Below are positions 47,992 through 57,333 of a stretch of DNA of 64,000 bases, piece after piece (the stretch's first letter is position 1; each line of letters starts with the position of its first letter). Location of the stretch: the NCBI GenBank assembly GCA_963850245.1, contig CAWKLA010000013.1, positions 46,151-110,150 on the forward strand, given 5' to 3'. This DNA comes from an uncultured Alphaproteobacteria bacterium. GTDB taxonomy: Bacteria; Pseudomonadota; Alphaproteobacteria; Rhizobiales; Xanthobacteraceae. Below the pieces are notes generated by a model, which saw nothing but the letters and a program-made list of their open reading frames with translations, did not search any database and was not told the DNA's origin. The translations under genes were made by a program, and so were the position numbers.

Positions 47992-49328
47992 CCGGCATGG
48001 TTGCTGCGCTCCGGCGCGGCACGAACTGGGCGATACCCGCAACGCCGCAGGAGCGCGCGGCGGCGCTTTGGTCCTTCGCCTATTTCTTCATGCTGCTTGC
48101 TGGATACTACGTGTTGCGGCCGCTGCGCGATCAGATGGGCATCGCCGGCGGCGTGCGGAATCTGCCGTGGCTGTTCACCGCGACGTTCGTGACGCTCATC
48201 GTCGCACAGCCGCTTTACGGCGCGCTGGTGGCCAGACTGCCGCGGGCGCGCTTCATTCCCTTCGTCTATCACTTCTTCATCGCCAACCTGGTGCTGTTCT
48301 GGCTGCTGCTGGCGTTCGATGTCGCTCCGGTGATCGTTGCGCGGGTGTTTTTCGTATGGGTGAGCGTCTTCAACCTGTTCGCGGTCGCGGTGTTTTGGTC
48401 GTTCATGGCGGACCTGTTTACCGCCGAGCAGGGCAAGCGCCTGTTCGGATTCATCGGCGCCGGCGGCACCGCTGGCGCGCTTCTGGGTCCGCTCATCACC
48501 ATCGGCCTGTCGGTTCCGCTGGGTGCAGTCAATCTGCTGCTCGCGGCGGCGGTGCTGCTGGAATTGGCGGTATTCTGCGTCTACCGCCTCGAGCGCGTCG
48601 CCACACCGCAGCAGCCCGCCAAGGACGGCGTGCGCATCGATGAGCAGCGCATCGGCGGCTCCGCCTTTGCGGCGCTGCCCGAGCTTATTCGCTCACCCTA
48701 TCTAATCGGCGTTGCTGCGTGGGTCAGCCTGCTCTCGTTCTGTGCGACGATCGTCTACTTCGAGCAGGCCAATATCGTGGCAGCGGCCGTGCATGACCGC
48801 GACGCGCAGACACGCATTTTCGCTGGTATCGATCTCGCGGTCGGCTTACTCAGCCTGGCGACGCAAGTCTTTGCCACCGGACAGGTGCTCAAGCGCTTCG
48901 GCACCGGCGCGGCCGCCGGCGCGCTGCCAGCCGTCTACGTGGTCGGGTTTGCCGCGCTGTTCCTGGCGCCGACGCTTGCGGTTGTCGTGGCGCTTCAGAT
49001 CGTTCAGCGCTGGATGAATTTCGCCATCGCAAATCCGGCGCGGCAGGTATTCTTCACGGTGCTGAGCCGCGAGGAGAAATACAAGGCCAAAAACCTGATC
49101 GACGTCGTCATCTACCGCGGCTCTGACGCGTCGTATGGCTGGGTATTCGACACCTTGCAGGCGCTCGGGTTGAAACTAGGTGCGATAGGGCTGGTCGCGC
49201 TGCCGGTCGCCGCGGGCTGGCTTGTCCTGTCGAGTGTCCTGGGACGGGTCCAGGAGCGTCGCGCGACGCTCGTGGATGCCGAAACGGCGGAGGGAGGAAT
49301 CGATGAGCTTCCATCTAACGCGGCGTGA
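47988..49328 (+). CDS. MFS-fold transporter resembling the Npt/TLC nucleotide-exchange family
   Basis: ORF track. It has about 12 TM helices. The N-terminal FAYFFMLLAGYYVLRPLRDQMG resembles the TLC-family motif (Y..LR..KD). The start overlaps the upstream stop (ATGA). Confidence 0.65.
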   Translation: MTGMVAALRRGTNWAIPATPQERAAALWSFAYFFMLLAGYYVLRPLRDQMGIAGGVRNLPWLFTATFVTLIVAQPLYGALVARLPRARFIPFVYHFFIANLVLFWLLLAFDVAPVIVARVFFVWVSVFNLFAVAVFWSFMADLFTAEQGKRLFGFIGAGGTAGALLGPLITIGLSVPLGAVNLLLAAAVLLELAVFCVYRLERVATPQQPAKDGVRIDEQRIGGSAFAALPELIRSPYLIGVAAWVSLLSFCATIVYFEQANIVAAAVHDRDAQTRIFAGIDLAVGLLSLATQVFATGQVLKRFGTGAAAGALPAVYVVGFAALFLAPTLAVVVALQIVQRWMNFAIANPARQVFFTVLSREEKYKAKNLIDVVIYRGSDASYGWVFDTLQALGLKLGAIGLVALPVAAGWLVLSSVLGRVQERRATLVDAETAEGGIDELPSNAA

Positions 49329-50196
49329 ATTTGCGATGGCAACCGGCGCGGCCATGCTCGCCTCATCGGCCCGCGGCGAGACCTCCGGGCCGCTCGCCCG
49401 CGCTATCCCGAGCAGCGGGGAGTTGCTGCCGGCCGTCGGGCTCGGCACCGCGCAGGTCTTCAATACCAACGACGAGCCGACCCGGCAGAAGGCGGCCGCG
49501 GTGCTGGCGGCGCTCATCGCCGGGGGCGGCCGCCTGGTCGATACTTCGTCGGTCTATGGCGAAGCTGAAACCGTGCTGGGCGAGGTGACGGCATCGGGCG
49601 GTCTGCGGCAGAAGCTTTTCATCGCCACCAAACTGGAGGCGCCCGACGCCGCGGAACTCAAGCGATCGCAGGCCCGACTGCAGACGCAGAAATTCGACTT
49701 GCTGCAGTTTCACAATGTCGGCAATCCGCAGCAGTCTCTGGCACAGTTCAAGGAATGGAAGGCGCAGGGCGTGTGCCGGTATATCGGCATCACATCAACC
49801 CGGCGCGATCAGTATGCGGCGATCGAAGCCGTGCTCCTGCGCGAGAAGCCGGATTTTGTGCAGATCGACTATTCGCTCGATGACCGGGAATGCCAAAAGC
49901 GCATCTTACCCGCGGCGGCCGAGGTCAAAAGCGGCGTGCTGACCGCCTTGCCGTTCGGCCGCGCGCGGCTGTTTCGTGCCGTTCACGGCAAGGAGCTGCC
50001 GGACTGGTCGCGCGGCTTCGCCGAGACCTGGGCGCAATTCTTCCTGAAATACCTTCTGAGCGACCCCCGGGTGACTGCGGTCATCCCCGGCACCGCCGAT
50101 GCCGCGCACATGACCGATAATCTTGGCGCCATGCGCGGTCCGCTGCCCGACCCCGATCAGCGCAGGCAAATGGAGGCGTTTGCCGACGCGTTGTAA
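49303..50196 (+). CDS. Aldo/keto reductase with a twin-arginine signal
   Basis: ORF 49222..50196. The ATG at 49303 follows GGGAGGA. It has a Tat motif (LTRREFAMATGAAMLASSA), then an AKR core (LPAVGLGTAQVF...VDTSSVYGEAETVLG...IGITS). Confidence 0.8.
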   Translation: MSFHLTRREFAMATGAAMLASSARGETSGPLARAIPSSGELLPAVGLGTAQVFNTNDEPTRQKAAAVLAALIAGGGRLVDTSSVYGEAETVLGEVTASGGLRQKLFIATKLEAPDAAELKRSQARLQTQKFDLLQFHNVGNPQQSLAQFKEWKAQGVCRYIGITSTRRDQYAAIEAVLLREKPDFVQIDYSLDDRECQKRILPAAAEVKSGVLTALPFGRARLFRAVHGKELPDWSRGFAETWAQFFLKYLLSDPRVTAVIPGTADAAHMTDNLGAMRGPLPDPDQRRQMEAFADAL

Positions 50197-50283
50197 GGCC
50201 CCCCGCACCGTATAAATGGGCCTATGGCTAGCCGCCCAAATCCGGGTAGTCTGCTGGCCGGCAAAGCAATTCAAGGGACCCAG

Positions 50284-51300
50284 ATGCCCTGGCTTTCGTG
50301 CAACTCGCGTCGCATTCACTATGAACTGGCCGGCCCGGAAGACGGCCCGGTCTTTGTGCTGATCAATGGCCTGACTCAGTACGTCAGGCTGTGGATACCG
50401 TTTCGAGACGCGCTGATCTCGAGGGGGTTTCGCGTCGCCAGTTTCGACATGCTCGGGCAGGGGCAATCCGACAAGCCCCGCCTATTCATCGAGCAGGCGG
50501 ACCAGGTTGCCGTGCTCGGTGATCTGATCGCCGAACTAGGCGACGGGCCGATTTTCCTGGCCGGGATCAGCTTCGGCGGCGTGATCGCGCTGCGCTACGT
50601 CATCGAGCACGGCAATACCGTCGCCGGGCTCGTGCCGATGAGCAGCTTTGCCGAGTTGCCGCCGCAGCTGTTTCGATTTGGTGCGGCGCTGCGAACCGCG
50701 CTTGTTCTCGGCGGCACAACGTTTCTTCAGGACCTGCTCTTCCCGATGAATTTCTCGGGCGAGTGGCTCGAAGAGAAAGCTCACCTGATCGATTTCGCCA
50801 GATACCGCGGATGGCTGGTCAACGATGTCTATGCGTTGCAGAATCTGATGGAGTCCTTTCTCGACTTCGAACCGCTGACTTCGAAATTGTCGACGATCAC
50901 CGTCCCGACCATGATCCTGACCGGCGAGTACGACTTCCTTACACCGCGCCCGCTGCAGGATTCGTTGCGCATTCACATTCCGGAGAGCGAACTCGTCATC
51001 GTGCAGCGCGCGTATCACGCGTTCACGCTGGAGAAGCCGGAATTGACCGCGTATTTGGCGGCGCGCTTCGCCGAGGATGTGATGTCCGGTCACTGGAAGG
51101 GCAAGAAATCGATCTGGCTTGCGCCCGAGGAGATCGGCGGCGAGTTCGTGCCATTTCCCGCCGGCTACGATCACCTGCGCGCCGTACCGGTGCGGCTGCC
51201 TCAAGGGGTGCAGGCGGAGCCTGAACTGGTCCACAGCGTGGCGACGCAGCGCGACGTGATCCAGGAGGAGGCGGTGCAGAGCGAGGTGACGTCTCCGTGA
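50284..51300 (+). CDS. Alpha/beta hydrolase
   Basis: ORF 50224..51300. It has VFVLINGLTQ, a nucleophile elbow (GISFGG) and PTMILTGEYDF...AYHAF, plus a C-terminal extension of about 70 aa. Confidence 0.8.
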   Translation: MPWLSCNSRRIHYELAGPEDGPVFVLINGLTQYVRLWIPFRDALISRGFRVASFDMLGQGQSDKPRLFIEQADQVAVLGDLIAELGDGPIFLAGISFGGVIALRYVIEHGNTVAGLVPMSSFAELPPQLFRFGAALRTALVLGGTTFLQDLLFPMNFSGEWLEEKAHLIDFARYRGWLVNDVYALQNLMESFLDFEPLTSKLSTITVPTMILTGEYDFLTPRPLQDSLRIHIPESELVIVQRAYHAFTLEKPELTAYLAARFAEDVMSGHWKGKKSIWLAPEEIGGEFVPFPAGYDHLRAVPVRLPQGVQAEPELVHSVATQRDVIQEEAVQSEVTSP

Positions 51301-51890
51301 ATGCGCTTCTCGGCCCGATCGACCAGGACGGCTGCGTTCCGCCGGCACAGCAGACCCGCGTGGCGGCCTTTTTGTTGTCGGCGCACAGCGCGCAGGCGCG
51401 CCAACTCGCGGCGGCGTTGCCGGCCCACCTGCACCATCCGTGGCAGCTCGAGCTGCACTCGCAATTCTGCCGCCAGATGGAGATTATTTCGTTGCTGGCG
51501 CGCTCGACGTCGTGGGTTCCCGACCCGTCATTGTGGTACCGCGTCTGGCAATGGGAAATGGCCTGGTTGCCGAGACCGGCAAGAATGACGAGCGACGTGT
51601 ATCACAGTCTGCTGGTCGATCTGGCGGCATTCGGACATGCATTGCACGCCGGCATCCGACCGGCGACGCTGTTACCGGAGGGTGTCGCGCCGGCCGATCC
51701 GTTCGTCCTGGCGATGCGCCGCATTGAATTCGAAAGCGGACGGTTGCTGCAGGCGCAAATCCTGTTCCTTAAAGGCCCGGAGCTTCTTTCGGTCCGCGGC
51801 GAAGTCGCCGAGGCGGTCGAACGGCGCCACGATCAGGTGCGCGAGCACTGGATCACCATGCTGCATAGCCTCAACGTCGAGACCGAGTAG
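51297..51890 (+). CDS. Hypothetical 197-aa protein, translationally coupled to the hydrolase
   Basis: ORF track. The GTG start overlaps the hydrolase stop (GTGA). No recognisable family. Confidence 0.45.
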   Translation: MNALLGPIDQDGCVPPAQQTRVAAFLLSAHSAQARQLAAALPAHLHHPWQLELHSQFCRQMEIISLLARSTSWVPDPSLWYRVWQWEMAWLPRPARMTSDVYHSLLVDLAAFGHALHAGIRPATLLPEGVAPADPFVLAMRRIEFESGRLLQAQILFLKGPELLSVRGEVAEAVERRHDQVREHWITMLHSLNVETE

Positions 51891-51989
51891 CGGATTTCTT
51901 CTGGCTGGCCAATGCGATAGAGTGGCGGAAGCGACTCTTGCAATTGTCGCAACTCGCGGTCACGATACAATTCGCGAATTCGAGGCTTT

Positions 51990-52832
51990 ATGATCACCGT
52001 TCCCGAAATGGCCGCGGAGGAATTGGGGTCGTTCCTCTCTTCGCATTTGAATCGTCGCTTCGGATCGACGCAGGCAGGATTGACCGAACTTATTCCGACG
52101 ATCGCCAGGCTGGCGCTCGAGTGCATCGGCAACAGCGACGCGCTCTACCATACGGTCGAGCATACGATGCTGGTGACGCTCGTCGGCTACGACATCATGA
52201 AAGGCCGATCGCTGCTCATGGATACGTCCGCCGACGATTATGCCCACGTCATCATCGCCTGCCTCCTGCATGACATCGGCTATGTGCGCGGCCTACTCGT
52301 AGGTGATGGTGAGGACGGTTACGTGATTGACGCCAAGGGCGGCAAGGCAAAGCTCCCGCGCGGCTCTTCCGATGCGGCGCTCACGCCCTACCACGTAGAA
52401 CGTTCCAAGCTTTTTGCCTTGGATCGGCTTGAAAAAATGGAATTGCTCGATGCCGCAAGAATTGCGCGGGCGATCGAATTCACGCGCTTTCCGTCCGCCA
52501 TCGAGCCGGAGCGTCAGGACGTCGAGGAAGGTTCGCTGGTGCGCGCTGCCGATCTCATCGGCCAGCTCGGTGATCCGCATTATCTGCGCAAGGCGAACGC
52601 GCTGTATTACGAATTCGAGGAAGTCGGCATGAACAGGCAGCTCGGCTATGCGTCGCCTGCCGATCTGACGGATTTATATCCGCAATTCTACTATAACAGC
52701 ATTGCGCCGCACATTCAGACAGCCATCCGCTATCTGAATGTGACGTCGAGCGGCCGCCAATGGATAGCATCGCTCTACAGCAACGTGTTCCGCGCTGAGA
52801 GCGAGCTTAGCCTGTCGGGACCGCAACGCTGA
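51990..52832 (+). CDS. HD-domain metal-dependent phosphohydrolase
   Basis: ORF track. It has H...HD motifs (YHTVEHTMLV, ACLLHDIGY). Confidence 0.75.
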   Translation: MITVPEMAAEELGSFLSSHLNRRFGSTQAGLTELIPTIARLALECIGNSDALYHTVEHTMLVTLVGYDIMKGRSLLMDTSADDYAHVIIACLLHDIGYVRGLLVGDGEDGYVIDAKGGKAKLPRGSSDAALTPYHVERSKLFALDRLEKMELLDAARIARAIEFTRFPSAIEPERQDVEEGSLVRAADLIGQLGDPHYLRKANALYYEFEEVGMNRQLGYASPADLTDLYPQFYYNSIAPHIQTAIRYLNVTSSGRQWIASLYSNVFRAESELSLSGPQR

Positions 52833-52911
52833 AACGGTCCGCGCCCGGATGCCATCGCTGGCCGTGCGGCGGACCTGACAGAACCGAACAAACAAGAGCC
52901 GGAGGGCCGCC

Positions 52912-54102
52912 ATGAACAAGATCGGCGACATCAAACCTGAAGCAGGCGGGTCGGCGTCCGGCCGCTCGCCGTATTTTTCGGAAGAGCACGAGCTTCTTCG
53001 CGCCCAGGTGCGGCGCTTCGTCGAGACCGAGATCAAACCAAAAGCGCTGGCCTGGGAAGAACAGGGTTTCGTGCCGCGTGATGTGCTGCGGCGCATGGGC
53101 AGCCTTGGCTTTTTCGGCATCCGCTATCCGGCCCGCTATGGCGGATCGGAGATGGACGCGCTCGCGACTGTCGTGCTTGCCGAAGAGCTCGGGCGCTCGA
53201 CGTTCAGCGGGGTGGCGACCACCGCACTCGTCCATTCCGAGATGGCGTCCATTCATGTTTTCCGGTCCGGCAGCGAAGCCCAGAAGGACAAATGGATGCC
53301 GGGCATCATCGCCGGCGAGGTCATCACCGCCGTTGCCGTGACGGAGCCCGACGCCGGTTCCGATGTGAAAGCCATTCGCACCTTTGCGCGCCGCGACGGC
53401 GACAGTTACGTCATCGACGGTGCGAAGATGTTCATCACCAATGGCGTCTATGCCGATCTTTATTGCGTGGCGGCGAAAACCGACCGAGGGGAATCGCCGA
53501 GCCGCGCCATCACGATGTTCCTGGTCGAGAAGGGCACGCCCGGCTTTACCGTGAGCCGCACGCTCGACAAGCACGGCTGGCGCTCGTCGGACACCGCGGA
53601 GCTGCATTTTGACGGCTGCCGCATTCCCGCCGAGAACCGCCTCGGCGAAGAGGGTCGCGGCTTCTACGCGATCATGAGGAATTTCCAGAACGAGCGGACC
53701 ACGATCGGTGCGACCGCGATGGGGGAGGCGCAGGCGGCCCTCGACCTGACGCTCGAATATGTGCGGACGCGGAAGGCCTTCGGCGCTCCGCTATGGGCGC
53801 GGGAGACCATCCGTCAGCGCCTGGCAATGCTCTCGGCGAAGGTCGAGGCGGGCCGCCAGTTGGTCTATCACGCGGCTTGGCTCGACACCCAGGGTATCGA
53901 CGCAACCAAGGAAGTGTCGATGGTCAAGGCGTATTGCGGCGAACTCGTCAACGAAGTCATGTACGCGTGCGTGCAGTTTCACGGCGGCATGGGCTTCATG
54001 CGTGAAAGCACCATCGAGCGGATGTCGCGAGACGCGCGCGTGCAGAATATCGGCGGCGGCGCCACCGAGGTGATGCTGGAAGAGGTCGCGAAGCGCCTCT
54101 GA
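52912..54102 (+). CDS. Acyl-CoA dehydrogenase
   Basis: ORF track. It has AVTEPDAGSDV, FITNG and QFHGGMGFMRE...RDARVQNIGGGATEV. Confidence 0.92.
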   Translation: MNKIGDIKPEAGGSASGRSPYFSEEHELLRAQVRRFVETEIKPKALAWEEQGFVPRDVLRRMGSLGFFGIRYPARYGGSEMDALATVVLAEELGRSTFSGVATTALVHSEMASIHVFRSGSEAQKDKWMPGIIAGEVITAVAVTEPDAGSDVKAIRTFARRDGDSYVIDGAKMFITNGVYADLYCVAAKTDRGESPSRAITMFLVEKGTPGFTVSRTLDKHGWRSSDTAELHFDGCRIPAENRLGEEGRGFYAIMRNFQNERTTIGATAMGEAQAALDLTLEYVRTRKAFGAPLWARETIRQRLAMLSAKVEAGRQLVYHAAWLDTQGIDATKEVSMVKAYCGELVNEVMYACVQFHGGMGFMRESTIERMSRDARVQNIGGGATEVMLEEVAKRL

Positions 54103-54127
54103 TGCGCCGGAACCCGCAGGTCCGACG

Positions 54128-55120
54128 CTATCCCTGATACGACCGGTTGGGGATCGGGAAGCCACAACTCGACCCGTCCGTCACCTCGACCTCGTCCTCC
54201 CACGGCAGGCGATATTTACCGGCGGCAAGATCGGTCATGTAGGTGTAGGGGCAATCCTGCGCGCCGCCTTTGACTGCGACGAAGCCGCGGTGACCGAACT
54301 GGTAGATGTTGTTCTCGACACCCCAGATCCGCCGCGCTTCGTCGGCGAGCTTCGGCCGCACCTCCGCGGTGATGATCTCGTCCGGTGCGCCGTTGCCGGT
54401 CGCGAGCGGCACGCCGTCGAAATTGACGATCATGCCTTCGCCCATCGAATTGAACACGCCGTCGGTGCCGGCCATGCAGACATTGGCGGTGTACATCAGA
54501 TTTGAGAATGCGTTGCTCTGGTTGCTGACATGCCAGGCATGGCGGATCGGCGCCGTGTAGCCGGCGGTGCGCAACATGATATTGGCGCCCTTGTAGGCGC
54601 ATTCCCGCGCCATCTCCGGGAACATGCCGTCGTGGCAGATGATCAGGGCGACCTTGCTGCCGTTCGGTCCGTCGCAAACCGGAATGCCGAGATTGCCGGG
54701 TTCCCAGGGCTCGACCGGCACCCACGGATGCATCTTGCGGTAATAAAGTTTGATGTCGCCGTCGTCGTCGATGATGAGGCCGGAATTGTACGGATTGCCG
54801 TCTGGATTGTACTCCATAATGGAGAAACAGCCCCAGATGCGGTTGTCGATGCAGGCCTTCCTGAAGCTCGCGACTTCCGGGCCGTCGAGCCGCGACATCA
54901 GCTCGGCATTGGTGTCCATCGACAGTCCGTGCAGCGAATACTCGGGGAAGACGACCAGGTCCATTGTCGACATGTTCTTGCGCGCCTTCTGGACCATGGC
55001 GCAAATCTTTTTGGTCTGCGTCGCCAGATCGCTCTTGGTGGCGATCGTCGGCAATTGCAGTTGAACGAGGCCGATGACCACGCCATCGGGGGTTTTGTTC
55101 AATCCGCCGAGCCCACTCAT
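54128..55120 (-). CDS. amiF: Formamidase (aliphatic amidase family, AmiF type)
   Basis: This is the in-frame part of ORF 54128..55324 starting at the ATG at 55120. It aligns along its length with remembered H. pylori AmiF (FPEYS..GL, KLYYRKMHPWVPVEPW.PG.LG.PVC.GP.GSK.A..ICHDGM.PE.ARE.AYKG, NLMYT, ENNIY..GHRG.VA, AAGKY.LPWED). Confidence 0.9.
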   Translation of the reverse strand: MSGLGGLNKTPDGVVIGLVQLQLPTIATKSDLATQTKKICAMVQKARKNMSTMDLVVFPEYSLHGLSMDTNAELMSRLDGPEVASFRKACIDNRIWGCFSIMEYNPDGNPYNSGLIIDDDGDIKLYYRKMHPWVPVEPWEPGNLGIPVCDGPNGSKVALIICHDGMFPEMARECAYKGANIMLRTAGYTAPIRHAWHVSNQSNAFSNLMYTANVCMAGTDGVFNSMGEGMIVNFDGVPLATGNGAPDEIITAEVRPKLADEARRIWGVENNIYQFGHRGFVAVKGGAQDCPYTYMTDLAAGKYRLPWEDEVEVTDGSSCGFPIPNRSYQG

Positions 55121-55191
55121 CCAAAATCTCCTTGTCCGCTTGTAGCTCCCGGGCGCGGAAAATCTACACCACGGTTCGCCGCAAAAGCTGC

Positions 55192-56430
55192 CTATTTTTC
55201 GAGCCGCGCAACGATCTCGACGTGCGCCGCGTAGCGGAATTGATCGACCGGCGTGATCTCGGTCGGACGGTAGCCGCCGCGCACCAGCTCGCGCAGATCG
55301 CGGGCAAAGGTTCCCGGATTGCACGACACGGCGACGACGAGCGGGACGCCGCTGGCCGCGAGCTCCCGCGCCTGCATTTCGGCGCCCTGGCGCGGCGGGT
55401 CGAAGACGACGGCGTCGAAGGATTTCAGCTCCGGGGCCGTGAGCGCGCCGCGGAACAGATCGCGCCGTTCGACCTCGACCGGCTTTAGGCCGGGGGTGGA
55501 TGTGGCGGCGCGCTTGAGCGCGGCAAGCGCTTCGTCGTCGTCATCGACCGCGCTGACCCGTGCCCGCTCGGCGAGCCGAAGCGCGAACGGGCCGACGCCG
55601 GCGAACAGGTCGGCGACTTTCGCCGCGCCGGCGCAGGCCGCAAGCATAAGCCGCGCCAGCGCCGCTTCGCCTTCGTCGGTCGCTTGCAGGAACGCCGCCG
55701 GCGGCAATTGCACGGTCGCCTTGCCCATGCGGAGCGTCGGCGTCCGCGCGAGCGTGATCAACTCGCCGTGCCGCGTGAGCCGCGCGAGATCGTGCTTCGA
55801 GGCGATGCGCGCAAGCGCGGCAACGCGCGCCGGCGTCAACGGACCCGAACCGCGCACGTCGACGTCGAGGCCTTCGGTCGTCGCGGTGAAGTGAATGTCG
55901 AGCGGCTTGTTTGCCGTGGCCAACGTCTCGGCGATGGCCCAAGCGGCTTTGAGGGCGCCGCCAAGCTTTGGCGAAAGCACCGGGCAGCGGTCGATCGCGA
56001 CCAGGTGGTGCGAGCGTGCTGCGGAAAATCCGACTTCCAGCACCGACTTGGTACCGCTTCTGGCATGAAACACCGCGCGGCGGCGGCCTTCGCCATGCGC
56101 GTCGACGAGTTCGGCAATTGGAAAATCCAGTCCAGCCTGCCGCAGGGCATCGACGACGAGTTCGCGTTTCCATGCGCGGTACTGGACCGTTTGCCAGTGC
56201 TGCACGGCGCAGCCGCCGCATACGCCGAAATGCGGACAGATCGGCGCAATGCGTTCCGCACTCGGCCGCTCGACGTTGAGCAGCCGGCGGCGGTCGGGAT
56301 GGCCGGGAACGGTTTCGACCTCGACCGTTTCGCCGGGCAACGCTCCGGGAACATAGATCGCGCCTTCGGGGCCGTCGGCGATGCCGTCGCCGCGATGGCC
56401 GATCCGGGAGATCACAAGCTGCTCAACCAC
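55192..56430 (-). CDS. Class I SAM-dependent RNA (uracil-5-)-methyltransferase, RumA/TrmA family
   Basis: ORF track (GTG start). It has a TRAM-like N-terminus, a Cys cluster ([14 protein letters not shown]) and a methyltransferase core ([11 protein letters not shown]...[11 protein letters not shown]). Confidence 0.85.
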   Translation of the reverse strand: MVEQLVISRIGHRGDGIADGPEGAIYVPGALPGETVEVETVPGHPDRRRLLNVERPSAERIAPICPHFGVCGGCAVQHWQTVQYRAWKRELVVDALRQAGLDFPIAELVDAHGEGRRRAVFHARSGTKSVLEVGFSAARSHHLVAIDRCPVLSPKLGGALKAAWAIAETLATANKPLDIHFTATTEGLDVDVRGSGPLTPARVAALARIASKHDLARLTRHGELITLARTPTLRMGKATVQLPPAAFLQATDEGEAALARLMLAACAGAAKVADLFAGVGPFALRLAERARVSAVDDDDEALAALKRAATSTPGLKPVEVERRDLFRGALTAPELKSFDAVVFDPPRQGAEMQARELAASGVPLVVAVSCNPGTFARDLRELVRGGYRPTEITPVDQFRYAAHVEIVARLEK

Positions 56431-57154
56431 GCCTCGCCCCGATCAGGAACTCTTGGTTGCCGTCGCCGCCCGGGATCGGCGACGGCATGAGACCTTCGAC
56501 GCGCCATCCGAGCGAGGCAACGAACGCGGCAATGTCGTCGCACACGGCGCGATGAATCGCCGGGTCGCGCACGATGCCTTTCTTGGTGGTGGACCGTTGA
56601 ACCTCGAATTGCGGCTTGATCAGCACCACGATGGCCGCGCGCGGCTGCAGAAGCCTGCCGATCGCGGGCAGGACGAGCTTGAGCGAAATGAAACTCACGT
56701 CGACCGTGGCAAGGTCCGGCAATTCGGCGAGCTGCGACGGATCGAGCGCGCGGATGTCGGTTTGCTCCATCGACACGATGTTGCTCTGCCCGCGCAAGCG
56801 GGAATGAAGCTGATCGCTGCCGACGTCGATCGCGTAGACGAGCCTGGCGCCGCGCGCCGTCAGTAATTCGGTAAAGCCCCCGGTTGAGGCGCCGACATCG
56901 AGGCAGATGCGGTTCGTGACGTCGAGATGAAAGTGATCGAGCGCCGCAGCAAGTTTGAGCGCCCCGCGCGACACATAGGGATGGGCCGGCGCGGCCTCGA
57001 TCACGGCATCGATAGCGATTGTGTCCGACGCCTTGCGCACCGGCACGCCATCCGCTGTCACGAGGCCGGCCGTAATCGCAGCCTGCGCCCGCGCGCGGCT
57101 TTCGAACAGGCCGCGCGCCACCAGCAGGCGGTCGGCACGCTCTCGTGCAATCAT
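56423..57154 (-). CDS. tlyA: TlyA family rRNA (cytidine-2'-O)-methyltransferase
   Basis: This is the in-frame part of ORF 56423..57313 starting at the ATG at 57154. [22 protein letters not shown]...YVSRGALKL...[15 protein letters not shown]...DVSFISL is a TlyA sequence. Confidence 0.88.
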   Translation of the reverse strand: MIARERADRLLVARGLFESRARAQAAITAGLVTADGVPVRKASDTIAIDAVIEAAPAHPYVSRGALKLAAALDHFHLDVTNRICLDVGASTGGFTELLTARGARLVYAIDVGSDQLHSRLRGQSNIVSMEQTDIRALDPSQLAELPDLATVDVSFISLKLVLPAIGRLLQPRAAIVVLIKPQFEVQRSTTKKGIVRDPAIHRAVCDDIAAFVASLGWRVEGLMPSPIPGGDGNQEFLIGARRG

Positions 57155-57333
57155 GAAAAAATTATACACCACATCGCGGGAGGACATCGCCCCAGAACAT
57201 CGCGCAAAAGCTTTGCGGCGGGCATCCGTGCAGTGATGGGACAAGGACATCCGTGCCTGCGACGGCGAGTGAAAATGCGCGAGGCCGGGACTGGCCCGGC
57301 CTCGATGAACCACCGCCGCTGCGCTGGTCGCCG

